Positions 1 through 8,468 of a DNA stretch of 64,000 nt are shown here, one piece after another. Source of the DNA: Akkermansia muciniphila. Its GTDB lineage: Bacteria; Verrucomicrobiota; Verrucomicrobiia; Limisphaerales; UBA9464. The DNA is taken from contig CAMCYJ010000002.1 in the NCBI GenBank assembly GCA_945883815.1, forward strand, positions 11,684-75,683. The letters are read 5' to 3'. The position numbers were made by a program, and so were the translations under genes. The notes beneath the pieces were generated by a model that searched no databases, was not told the DNA's origin, and saw only the letters and a program-made list of their open reading frames with translations. How positions within the stretch are numbered: position 1 is the first letter of the stretch; each line of letters starts with the position of its first letter.

Positions 1-180
1 AACTACGGCAGCAAGGCCCGCTTTGTGGTGGAGTCCAAACGGTTCCATTTCTCGAATTTCGCTGCGCTGCGCTGGCTCAATGGCCCCATCAACCTCGAAC
101 CCGTGATCTTCGAGCGATTCTTCGCGACGCTAATCACCCCGGAAGAGGTCCATTTCCGCCTGCGGGTCTCAAAAGGCTGA
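1..180 (+). CDS. 3' end of an unidentified protein-coding gene (partial, runs off the window start)
   Basis: Frame +1 is open from base 1 to the TGA at 178-180 (...RFHFSNFAALRWLNGPINLEPVIFERFFATLITPEEVHFRLRVSKG*). Third positions are GC-rich like neighbouring genes. It is absent from the ORF track only because no start codon lies in the window. No family recognised. Confidence 0.4.
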   Translation, partial: NYGSKARFVVESKRFHFSNFAALRWLNGPINLEPVIFERFFATLITPEEVHFRLRVSKG

Positions 181-339
181 CCCCCGCACTCCGAGCCCCA
201 CGCCGAACACCCCATAGTCAGCCGAACATCCCGACGTGGATGGCGATTGGGCTGAACAGCCAGTGGCATCCCCAGATCGGCGCTGCGGGCGCAATCCCGG
301 TTCGACACACTGGGCCACCTCCAGCTACTGTATCCCCTT

Positions 340-1488
340 ATGTTCGAAGTCACCCGGTCCCACTTGGATGTCATCACGTCCAAGTTGGGGCAACTGCGTC
401 GGTTCGTAGACCTCCCGGAGGCCCTCAAACGGTTGACCGAATACGAGGCGCAGATGGCTTCCGACACCTTCTGGAACAATCAAGAGACGGCCAAGAAGGT
501 CATCGAAGATACCAACTCACTGAAAAAGAAGGCCGAACCGCTGATCAGCTTCGGCAAGCGGGTCGATGATGTGCTGGTGCTCCTGGAACTGGGCGAGGCC
601 GAACCTCAAGCGGGGCAAGATGCCGTTCAAACCGAGGCCGATGCCGAGTTGGCCAAGCTCGATCGCGAAATCGAATCGTATGAACTGGAAGTGCTGCTGA
701 CCGGACCGCACGACCATCGAAGCGCCATTTTCAGCATCCAAGCCGGAGCCGGTGGCACCGAGGCCCAAGATTGGGCCCAGATGCTCTCCCGCATGTACGA
801 ACGGTGGTTTGAGAGCCGCGGCTGGAAGCACGAATCCACCGATGCGTTGCCGGGCGAACAGGCGGGACTGAAAAGCGTCACCTACCGAGTGACGGGTCAC
901 AACGCCTACGGTTTCTGCAAGGCCGAGCGCGGCGTGCACCGGCTAGTCCGCATTTCCCCCTTCGACTCCAACAAACGCCGGCATACCAGCTTCGCCAGCG
1001 TGGACGTCATCGCCGAAATCGATGACATCGCAGAAAGCGACATTGTCATCCCAAAGAGCGAAATCCTTCGCGACACCTTCCGCTCGGGTGGCAAAGGGGG
1101 CCAGAACGTCAACAAGGTAGAAACCGCCGTCCGCCTCACCCACATTCCCACCGGATTGGTCGCTGCCTCTCAGGCGCAGCGCAGCCAAGTCCAGAACGAG
1201 GCCACGGCGATGACCATGCTGATTTCCAAGCTCTTCGCCCTGAAGCTCGACCAAGCCAAGTCCGACATGGACAAGTTCTACGGCGAGAAGGGCAGCGTGA
1301 GTTGGGGCAACCAAATCCGCAGCTACGTCTTCCAGCCCTACCGCATGGTGAAAGACCTGCGCACCGGCGTGCAAACCAGCGACGTCCAGGGAGTCATGGA
1401 CGGCGCCTTGGATCCCTACGTCAACGGTTGGCTGCGCGGCGGATGCCCCATGAAGCGCATGCAGGGCGTGAGCGACGACGAAGATTGA
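340..1488 (+). CDS. prfB: peptide chain release factor 2
   Basis: The 382-aa ORF is collinear with RF2 from the N-terminus (MFE...). It has the RF2-specific SPF tripeptide (RISPFDS) and the GGQ motif (SGGKGGQNVNKVETAVRLTHIPTG). It is one uninterrupted frame. Confidence 0.95.
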   Translation: MFEVTRSHLDVITSKLGQLRRFVDLPEALKRLTEYEAQMASDTFWNNQETAKKVIEDTNSLKKKAEPLISFGKRVDDVLVLLELGEAEPQAGQDAVQTEADAELAKLDREIESYELEVLLTGPHDHRSAIFSIQAGAGGTEAQDWAQMLSRMYERWFESRGWKHESTDALPGEQAGLKSVTYRVTGHNAYGFCKAERGVHRLVRISPFDSNKRRHTSFASVDVIAEIDDIAESDIVIPKSEILRDTFRSGGKGGQNVNKVETAVRLTHIPTGLVAASQAQRSQVQNEATAMTMLISKLFALKLDQAKSDMDKFYGEKGSVSWGNQIRSYVFQPYRMVKDLRTGVQTSDVQGVMDGALDPYVNGWLRGGCPMKRMQGVSDDED

Positions 1489-1566
1489 GCAGACCTAGCC
1501 TTTGGGGGAAAACCAAGGGCTTCTATCCGACCTTCCCGGGGCATCCAAAACAGGGTCTGCCTCCGA

Positions 1567-2496
1567 TCATTTGTTGCCGACGGCGAGCAGGGTTTCCAGA
1601 CAGGGCTCCTGCTCTTCCCGAGCCACCTTGGTGATTTCGATCCCCGAGAAGCCGGCCGACTCCAGCCAGCGGTGGAGATCGCTCTCGGCGAATCCGAGCC
1701 ACCGATCCCCGTAAAGCTCCCGCGCCTGCACGAAGCGGTGCTTCACCAGGTCGAGGATCATCACCCGGCCACCGGGGCGCAGGATCTTGGCCGCGGCCAG
1801 AAGCGCCTTCGACGGGTCTTCGGCATGGTGCAGCGCTTGACTGAGGATCACCAAATCGACCGAAGCGGCCTCGATGGGTGGATTCTGCAAGTCACCCTGA
1901 CGGAACTCCAAATTGGTCAACCCATTCTGCCGCGCCTTCTTGGCACCGAACTGAACCATCTTCTCGGAATTGTCCACGGCGATCACCGTGCGGCAGCGCC
2001 GTGCCAGCAACTCAGCGAGAAGGCCTTCCCCAGAGCCCAAATCAGCCACATCAATGGGCGGGAGCATCCGCAGCAGCAAATGACCAAACGCCTGCCAGGA
2101 ACGCCCCGGTCCATAACTGCGGTCGAATCGGCCGACCACCTGATTGAAATAGACCTGCGCTTGCTCCTCACGGCGAGCCAGCACCCGGCGCAAGTTGAGT
2201 TGATCCCCCTCGTGCTCCGGCAACTCCTTGGCCCCCTGCATCGCCAGACGCGTGAACTCCCGGATTTGCACATCCGCCTGTGGATTGAGCCGATAGAAAG
2301 TCCGCTTTCCATCCCGCCGCGACAACACCAAGCCCGTCTCCGCTAGCAGGCTCAGGTGCGTCGAGACCCGCGACTGCCCCAACCCCGTGATCTCCTGGAT
2401 CTCATTCACCGGCAACTCCTCCGACTCCAACAACGCCACGATCCGAAGGCGGGTCGGGTCGGCCAATGCTCGCAAGGATCGGAGGGTGGGGGTCAT
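1567..2496 (-). CDS. ArsR/SmtB-family HTH regulator fused to a class I SAM-dependent methyltransferase
   Basis: The conserved protein begins at MTPTLRSLRALADPTRLRIV (ATG at 2496). It has a winged-helix motif (LPVNEIQEITGLGQSRVSTHLSLL) followed by a methyltransferase type-11 region (VADLGSGEGLLAELL ... ILRPGGRVMILD). The track's longer start (2742) would overlap the divergent gene at 2665. Confidence 0.85.
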   Translation of the reverse strand: MTPTLRSLRALADPTRLRIVALLESEELPVNEIQEITGLGQSRVSTHLSLLAETGLVLSRRDGKRTFYRLNPQADVQIREFTRLAMQGAKELPEHEGDQLNLRRVLARREEQAQVYFNQVVGRFDRSYGPGRSWQAFGHLLLRMLPPIDVADLGSGEGLLAELLARRCRTVIAVDNSEKMVQFGAKKARQNGLTNLEFRQGDLQNPPIEAASVDLVILSQALHHAEDPSKALLAAAKILRPGGRVMILDLVKHRFVQARELYGDRWLGFAESDLHRWLESAGFSGIEITKVAREEQEPCLETLLAVGNK

Positions 2497-2664
2497 GGGT
2501 GAAAAGAAAGGCTGGGCCTCGTCTCTGGGTCGATTAAAGCGCTTCCAACCGGCTGGAACAAGCCAGACAGCGCTGAATGCCCACTCGCGCCTTGTAGGGA
2601 AGCCCAAAATCTGCATAAGGTTTTTCACAGTCCTAACACACCTCCAGTCCCCACTCCCCAATCC

Positions 2665-3903
2665 ATGAACTCCAGAATTCGCTTCAAACTGTTCCTCATG
2701 ATGGTGCTTGAGATCGCCATCTGGGGGGCTTGGCAGGTGCAAATCTTCAACTACATGCCGATGCTGAAGTTCGAGGGCTGGCAGATGAACCTTGCGGGGT
2801 CAATGTTTGCCATCGCTTCGCTGGTTGGCATTTTCTTCAGCAATCAATTCGCTGATCGCAATTTCTCCGCCGAGAAGTTTCTCGCATTCAGCCACCTCAT
2901 TGGTGGAGTCGCATTGTTAGCCACTGGATTTATGCGGGATTTTTGGCCGTTTTTCGCCTGTTTCCTAGTTTATGGGTTGCTTTACGTACCCACCATTTCG
3001 GTCACCAACTCACTTGCCTTCACCCACCTCGCCGATCCAGCTAAGGATTTCGGGTTTGTACGTATGGGCGGTACGATAGGGTGGATCGTGGTCTCTTGGC
3101 CGCTTGTTTTTCTTCTCGATGCCAAGTCCACAGTTGAACAGTTGCGTTGGATATTCTTCGTTGCAGCGATCATCTCCTTCGCCCTCGCAGCCTTCAGTCT
3201 CACCCTGCCCCACACTCCTCCTCGGCCAGTCGCCTCGGGCGAAAGCGGGTTGGCTTGGGTGAAAGCGGTCAAGCTACTCAAGTTACCCTATGTATTGGTG
3301 CTTTTTCTGGTCACACTCATTGATTCCACCATCCACAACGGCTACTTCGTACTAATCGGTGGGTTCCTCCAGTCTGCCATCAAGATGCCCGACAATTGGA
3401 TCTCAGCCGTCACTACCATCGGCCAGGTGGCCGAGATCGTGACCATGCTTGTATTGGGCACTGTACTAAAGCGCTTGGGCTGGAAACTGACCATGCTCCT
3501 TGGAATTGCCGGCCATTTGGTCCGATTCCTCGTTTTCGCTTTTTTCAACTCTCCGTCTGACATGTACCTGATCATTGCCGTCCAAGTTCTCCACGGCATT
3601 TGCTACGCCTTCTTCTTCGCCACGCTTTACATTTGGGTCGATGACGTGTTTCCCAAAGACATTCGCACCAGCGCACAGGGCCTCTTCAATCTGCTCGTCC
3701 TTGGCGCGGGCCTCGTGCTCGCAAACTTTTGGTTTGGCGCCCATAAGGCAGCCGTGACCAGCGCAACCGGTGTAGTGGATTACCACAAACTCTTCCTCCT
3801 ACCTTCAGGCCTAGCCGCCGCTGCAGTCATGTTGCTTGCTCTGTTTTTTCGGCCTCCTACCGCCCGACCTGCGGAAGTTGGAGCGTCTATCGCAGCGCAC
3901 TAA
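2665..3903 (+). CDS. MFS transporter, nucleoside:H+ symporter (NupG/XapB-like) family
   Basis: 412 aa with about 12 predicted TM segments. Several blocks are collinear with E. coli NupG: FKLFLMMVLEIAIWGAW vs LKILSFLQFCLWGSW, LTLPHTP vs LTLPHIP, IRTSAQG vs IRASAQG. Confidence 0.8.
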   Translation: MNSRIRFKLFLMMVLEIAIWGAWQVQIFNYMPMLKFEGWQMNLAGSMFAIASLVGIFFSNQFADRNFSAEKFLAFSHLIGGVALLATGFMRDFWPFFACFLVYGLLYVPTISVTNSLAFTHLADPAKDFGFVRMGGTIGWIVVSWPLVFLLDAKSTVEQLRWIFFVAAIISFALAAFSLTLPHTPPRPVASGESGLAWVKAVKLLKLPYVLVLFLVTLIDSTIHNGYFVLIGGFLQSAIKMPDNWISAVTTIGQVAEIVTMLVLGTVLKRLGWKLTMLLGIAGHLVRFLVFAFFNSPSDMYLIIAVQVLHGICYAFFFATLYIWVDDVFPKDIRTSAQGLFNLLVLGAGLVLANFWFGAHKAAVTSATGVVDYHKLFLLPSGLAAAAVMLLALFFRPPTARPAEVGASIAAH

Positions 3904-3954
3904 GCCGCAAGGAGCACCGGATCCTTCCTGAACCTTGAACACCTCCTTGCTGAT

Positions 3955-4863
3955 ATGAATCGCCGTCAATTCCTCAGCCAGGCCTCGGTAGCAGCCGCCT
4001 GGGCCGCCACGGGGTGCACCCTGTGGCCGTCCAACAACAAAGACCGATCCTTTCAGATCAGCCTGGCTGAGTGGTCGTACCACAAGGCCCTGTTTGGGAA
4101 GAAGATGACCCACATGGACTTCCCTATCGTGGCCCGTCGGACCCACGACTTGGACGGCATTGAACTGGTCAACCAGTTCTTCAAGGACCAGGTCAAGGAC
4201 ACGGGCTACCTGAAGGAATTCAAGGATCGGGCCGACAGCGAAGGTGTCCGCTGCCTGCTCATCATGTGCGATGGCGAAGGAGCCCTCGGCGACCCGGACG
4301 CGGCCAAGCGCAAGCAGGCCGTCGAAAACCACCGCAAGTGGGCCGAGGCCGCCAAGTTCCTGGGTTGTCACTCGATCCGGGTCAACGCCGAGACCCAAGA
4401 GGTCGGATCCTTTGAAGAACAGCAGAAGCGCGCCGCTGACGGCCTCACGCAATTGGCCAAGGTCTGCCGCCCGTTCGGCCTCAATTGCATCGTCGAAAAC
4501 CACGGGCACCTCAGCTCAAACGGCCAGTGGCTGGCCGGCGTGATGAAGCTCGTGGGCAAGTCCAACTGCGGCATCCTGCCCGATTTCGGCAACTTCACCA
4601 TCCGCCCGGGCCAAACCTACGATCGCTACCAAGGGGTCGCCGAGATGATGCCCTACGCCAAGGCGGTGAGCGCCAAGTCCTACCAATTCGACAACGACGG
4701 CAACTGCGTGGAGACCAACTACCGCAAGATGATGAAGATCGTCTTGGATGCCGGTTACCGCGGTTTCGTGGGCATCGAGTACGAAGGCGATAAACTCCCA
4801 GAACGCGAGGGCATCAACGCCACCCGCGACTTGCTGATCCGCCTGAAGCTGGAAGGCATCTGA
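3955..4863 (+). CDS. sugar phosphate isomerase/epimerase (xylose isomerase-like TIM barrel) with Tat-type signal
   Basis: The N-terminus MNRRQFLSQASVAAAWAATGC is a twin-arginine signal, possibly a lipobox. The body matches AP-endonuclease-2/xylose-isomerase-like TIM barrel proteins common in PVC genomes (GCHSIRVN..., ENHG, GIEYEG). Confidence 0.8.
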   Translation: MNRRQFLSQASVAAAWAATGCTLWPSNNKDRSFQISLAEWSYHKALFGKKMTHMDFPIVARRTHDLDGIELVNQFFKDQVKDTGYLKEFKDRADSEGVRCLLIMCDGEGALGDPDAAKRKQAVENHRKWAEAAKFLGCHSIRVNAETQEVGSFEEQQKRAADGLTQLAKVCRPFGLNCIVENHGHLSSNGQWLAGVMKLVGKSNCGILPDFGNFTIRPGQTYDRYQGVAEMMPYAKAVSAKSYQFDNDGNCVETNYRKMMKIVLDAGYRGFVGIEYEGDKLPEREGINATRDLLIRLKLEGI

Positions 4864-4882
4864 AGCGGGTGTCACCCATTCC

Positions 4883-4919
4883 AGCGCCGGTCCGGGATTC
4901 GTTCCGGCCGGCGCTTTTT
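4883..4919 (+). terminator. rho-independent terminator after the TIM-barrel gene
   Basis: AGCGCCGG-t-CCGG [gattcgtt] CCGG-CCGGCGCT followed by TTTTT, 20 nt after the stop codon. Confidence 0.7.
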
Positions 4920-4954
4920 CACAGACTTCACACCCCTCCGACTTGACTCGGGAC

Positions 4955-4982
4955 AAACGCGAGCGAACAGTCGATCGCGTTT
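4955..4982 (+). promoter_or_regulatory. candidate TetR operator (inverted repeat abutting the tetR start codon)
   Basis: AAACGCGA-N12-TCGCGTTT ends 1 nt before the ATG at 4983. The TetR binding role is inferred from position only. Confidence 0.3.
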
Positions 4983-5609
4983 ATGAAATCCGCAGGCACC
5001 CGCAACCGAAGTTTTCCGGAACGGAAGGAATCCATCCTGAAAGCGGCTTGCGGCGTGTTCGTCCAGAGCGGTTTCCATGCGGCGTCGATGAAGGACATCT
5101 GCGCAGCGGCCGACATGAGTCCGGGCTCGGTGTACCGGTATTTCCCCAGCAAGGACGCCCTCATCGAGGCGCTCATTGAGGCGGATCAAGCCCGGTGGGC
5201 GGCCGCGATAGATGGGCTACCGATCGAGAGGGGACTGCTGCCCGCATTGGAGGCCTTGGCAGAAATGGGGCTCCAGGATTTAGAAAACCGGGGGCTCCTG
5301 AATTTGTGGGTCGAGACAGCGGCTGAGGCCTCGCGCAATCCCGCCGTGGCGGCCCGTTTGAGGGAAAGCTATCAGGTGCTTCAGGGTCGACTGGCATCCC
5401 TCGTCCAAGCCGCCCAGAAATCCGGGGCCATCGAATCGGAGACCGATCCGATGGTCTTGTCCTGCCTGATCTTCGCCGCTTTCGACGGCCTAATCTTGCG
5501 GGCCACTTTCGATCCCCATCTGGATACGCGGGCTCTGACCCGGGGCTTTTTGGAGTTCATCGGACGCGCCCTCGGGTCACGCACCCCGCGCAAGAAGGGA
5601 TCCCGATGA
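4983..5609 (+). CDS. TetR/AcrR family transcriptional regulator
   Basis: N-terminal TetR HTH: RKESILKAACGVFVQSGFHAASMKDICAAADMSPGSVYRYFPSKDALIEAL. The stop overlaps the next start (ATGA). Confidence 0.9.
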   Translation: MKSAGTRNRSFPERKESILKAACGVFVQSGFHAASMKDICAAADMSPGSVYRYFPSKDALIEALIEADQARWAAAIDGLPIERGLLPALEALAEMGLQDLENRGLLNLWVETAAEASRNPAVAARLRESYQVLQGRLASLVQAAQKSGAIESETDPMVLSCLIFAAFDGLILRATFDPHLDTRALTRGFLEFIGRALGSRTPRKKGSR

Positions 5610-6739
5610 ATTGGGTTGGCCTTCAAATGCTCCGGAACGACCGGGCCAAGTTCGCCGCAATGATCGTCGCCGTCTCGCTGGCGGTCTTCCTGATGCAAAA
5701 TCAGGCGGCGATCCTGGCGACGATGCTTTCCATGACGGCGGCCCAGATCCGAGATGTTCAGGATGCCGACCTGTGGGTCACCGAACCGGATGTCGAGTGC
5801 TTCGACCAAGTCAAACCGATGCGGGACATCCAATTGTTGCGGGTGCGTGGCGTCGCCGGAATCGCCTGGGCGGCCCCATTGCTCAAAATCGACGCCATCG
5901 GACGTTCCGAGGGCGGGCGGCTCAACACGGTCACCCTCCTCGGAATCGACGACGCCAGCCTGGCGGGACTGCCGCAAAAGATGCGGGTCGGACGGGCCGA
6001 CGCGATCCGTGAACTCGACACGGCCATCATCGATCCCGGTGGTCACGAACTGTTCTTTCCGGGCGAACCGTTTCGAGCGGGTCGGTCCGTGCGCATCCGA
6101 AACCGTCGCCTTCGCATCGTGGGCGTGTCGGACATCGCCGCTCCCTTCACCGGACTGCCGATGCTGCACACCTCCCGATCCACCGCCGCGGCCTTCAACC
6201 TCGGCGAGCAGCACATGACGAGCTTCATCCTGGCCCGCTCAGCGCCAGGAGGAAACCCCGGAGAGATATGCCAGAAGATCAACACCCTCGGAGGCCTGCG
6301 AGCCCGGACCACCGAGCAATTCGCCGCCGATGCCATGTGGTTCTACGGCAGCCAGGGCGTCCCCATGCTGTTCATGGTCACCATCACCATCGGACTCATC
6401 GTCGGCGCCGCCATCACGGGCCAGACCTTCCTGATGTTCATCAAGGAAAACGCCCGCCCCATCTCCATGCTCAAGGTGGTCGGGACCACCGATCGCCAAC
6501 TCGGGACCATGATCCTGCTCCAAGGGGCGGTGGTGGTGGTGTTGGGTTCGTGCTTTGGCAGCGGCATCGCGGCGGCCGTTTGCAATGTCATCCGCACGCA
6601 ACCCTTCCTGCGAAGCCTGTACTTGCCCTGGGAGATCGCACTGGGCACTTGCTTCGCACTGGCCTCAGTCACGGGCATCGCCCTGTACGCCAGCTTCCGC
6701 CACGTGCGCGGCCTGGAACCCGCCGCGGTCTTCCGCTGA
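5606..6739 (+). CDS. ABC transporter permease, FtsX/DevC-like
   Basis: 377 aa. An N-terminal TM segment is followed by a large periplasmic domain and a C-terminal 3-TM FtsX-type bundle (MacB/DevC architecture). It is followed by a cognate ATPase. Confidence 0.8.
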   Translation: MNWVGLQMLRNDRAKFAAMIVAVSLAVFLMQNQAAILATMLSMTAAQIRDVQDADLWVTEPDVECFDQVKPMRDIQLLRVRGVAGIAWAAPLLKIDAIGRSEGGRLNTVTLLGIDDASLAGLPQKMRVGRADAIRELDTAIIDPGGHELFFPGEPFRAGRSVRIRNRRLRIVGVSDIAAPFTGLPMLHTSRSTAAAFNLGEQHMTSFILARSAPGGNPGEICQKINTLGGLRARTTEQFAADAMWFYGSQGVPMLFMVTITIGLIVGAAITGQTFLMFIKENARPISMLKVVGTTDRQLGTMILLQGAVVVVLGSCFGSGIAAAVCNVIRTQPFLRSLYLPWEIALGTCFALASVTGIALYASFRHVRGLEPAAVFR

Positions 6740-6747
6740 CTCCCACC

Positions 6748-7503
6748 ATGACGCCACCCGATTTGACCGCCGTGCTGTGCACCGGAATCCGAAAACACTT
6801 CGGCGAAGACGACGCCCGCGTGGAGGTGCTCCGTGGCGTGGACTACACGGTGCGGCGGGGCGAACTCAGCTTCCTGGTGGGGCCCAGCGGTTGCGGCAAG
6901 ACCACCTTGATTTCCATCATCGCGGGCTTGCAGGAGACCTCTTCTGGCGAGGTGAGTCTCTTTGGAAACCATCTCGCCCGGATGCCCCACCCAGAACGTG
7001 TCCTCTTCCGCCGAAGCCACCTGGGTTTTGTCTTCCAGCAGTACAACCTGTTGCAGGCCCTCACCGCGGCGGAGAACGCGGCCATCCCGCTGCTGGCAGC
7101 CGGTACTCGCCGGCGCGAAGCGGTGGACCGTGCGGCCGCACTGCTCGACCGGCTGGGGCTGGGCTCGAAAACTGGCTCCTTTCCACGCCAATTGTCCGGC
7201 GGACAGCAGCAGCGGGTGGCACTGGCTCGCGCTCTGGTTCACGAACCCCGGCTGATCATTTGCGACGAGCCGACGGCTGCACTGGATCACGCCACAGGCG
7301 AAGCCGTCATGGAACTGCTCGCCTCGGCCGCCGTGCATCCGGACCGGGCGGTCATCGTGGTGACCCACGACAGCCGGGTCTTTCACTTTGCCGACGTCAT
7401 CGCCCGCATGGATGACGGACACATCACCCACGTCGAACCGGGACAACGCACCGTTGCAAACCCGCACCCGGGATCGTCCCGAAACTCACACCCTTCCGCA
7501 TGA
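6748..7503 (+). CDS. ABC transporter ATP-binding protein (DevA/MacB/LolD-like)
   Basis: Walker A GPSGCGKTT, Q-loop, signature LSGGQQQRVALARAL, Walker B LIICDEPTAALD, H-loop VTHD. The start is taken at MTPPDLTAV (ATG 6748). The track ORF from 6268 is an upstream read-through overlapping the permease. Confidence 0.9.
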   Translation: MTPPDLTAVLCTGIRKHFGEDDARVEVLRGVDYTVRRGELSFLVGPSGCGKTTLISIIAGLQETSSGEVSLFGNHLARMPHPERVLFRRSHLGFVFQQYNLLQALTAAENAAIPLLAAGTRRREAVDRAAALLDRLGLGSKTGSFPRQLSGGQQQRVALARALVHEPRLIICDEPTAALDHATGEAVMELLASAAVHPDRAVIVVTHDSRVFHFADVIARMDDGHITHVEPGQRTVANPHPGSSRNSHPSA

Positions 7504-8450
7504 AGCAATACCTCCTGCCCGTGCTCGCCGCCGGTGCGGCCCTCTTCGCCACCGTATCCGTGGTGCGCACTCAACCAGTCCGGGAAGTCACCGAACCCGT
7601 GTCGCCCCCGCCGGCTTCGTCCTTCACAGACACCGTCGCCGCCGTCGGGCTCATCGAAGCCAGCACCGAGCACATCAGCGTGGGCACGCCGCTCTCAGGC
7701 GTCGTCACCGAGGTGCTGGTCACCCTCAATCAATCGGTGCGCGCCGGAACCCCCCTTTTCCGACTGGATACGCGTGCGCTGCAGGCCTCGTTGGCCGTGC
7801 AGGAATCCCAACTGACCGCCGCCCGCGCCCGACAGGCAACCGCCCAGTGCCAAGTGGAGGATCTCAACGATCGCCTGGAGCGCTCACTGAAACTTCGCAG
7901 CAGCACGGTCATTAGTGAGGATGAACTCATTCGGACGCGGTTTGCCCTCAAGGTGTCCCAGGCACGCGTGGTGGAAGCTCAGGCCGAAGTCGCCGTCGCC
8001 GAGGCCTCCGCAGCATCCGTGCGAACCGAGATCACGCGAAGCACCATCCTGGCCCCCATGGATGCCACGGTGCTTCAACTGAAGATCCGTCCCGGAGAGT
8101 TTGCCACGGCTGCCGGTGCTCCCACTTCGCCACTCCTCCTGCTCGGCAACCTGAGCCCACTGCACCTGAGGGTGGACATCGATGAACACGAGGCGTGGCG
8201 AGTCCAGCCCGGGACCCGGGCCAAGGGGCATGTGCGGGGCAATGCGACGCTGGCCTCCCCGTTGAGCTTCGTCCGCTTCGAGCCCTTCGTCATCCCCAAG
8301 CGATCCCTGACTGGCGACAGCATCGAACGGGTGGACACGCGGGTGCTGCAGGCCATTTACCGCCTCGACCGGACGGATTTGCGGCTCTACGCCGGCCAGC
8401 AAATGGACGTGTTCATCGAGGCCTCCGGAACCCCGACGGCCTCCCGCTGA
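7500..8450 (+). CDS. HlyD/DevB-family periplasmic adaptor (membrane fusion) subunit
   Basis: N-terminal TM anchor, a coiled-coil hairpin (ALQASLAVQESQLTAARARQATAQCQVEDLNDRLER...), and barrel-sandwich motifs (APMDATVLQLKIRPGE). ATGA overlap with the ATPase stop. Confidence 0.8.
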   Translation: MKQYLLPVLAAGAALFATVSVVRTQPVREVTEPVSPPPASSFTDTVAAVGLIEASTEHISVGTPLSGVVTEVLVTLNQSVRAGTPLFRLDTRALQASLAVQESQLTAARARQATAQCQVEDLNDRLERSLKLRSSTVISEDELIRTRFALKVSQARVVEAQAEVAVAEASAASVRTEITRSTILAPMDATVLQLKIRPGEFATAAGAPTSPLLLLGNLSPLHLRVDIDEHEAWRVQPGTRAKGHVRGNATLASPLSFVRFEPFVIPKRSLTGDSIERVDTRVLQAIYRLDRTDLRLYAGQQMDVFIEASGTPTASR

Positions 8451-8468
8451 ACCATTGCTTTATCCGGT

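Noticed and set aside
240-340. GGTTCGA-containing stretch upstream of prfB that looked like a tRNA T-arm
   Set aside because: The flanking bases do not form a T-stem (CCCGG vs CTGGG), and no acceptor or anticodon arms can be drawn.
1497-1527. Hairpin AGCCTTTGG-gggaaaa-CCAAGGGCT between the convergent prfB and ArsR-MTase genes, as a bidirectional terminator
   Set aside because: The stem has a mismatch and no U-tract follows on either strand. It is too weak to call.
2497-2742. N-terminal extension of the ArsR-MTase ORF (start at 2742); likewise upstream extensions of gnd (to 55249), the GT4 gene (to 57302), rpsM (to 61259), gmd (to 12654), the FGE-like gene (to 15528) and the GHL10 gene (from 13071)
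   Set aside because: The extensions are non-conserved. They overlap neighbouring genes, the tRNA or the repeats, and an internal ATG coincides with the conserved N-terminus of each family.
6268-6747. N-terminal 160 codons of track ORF 6268..7503, which would give a 411-aa ABC ATPase
   Set aside because: This part overlaps the permease gene in another frame and is H/R/P-rich. The conserved ATPase starts at MTPPDL (6748), 8 nt after the permease stop.
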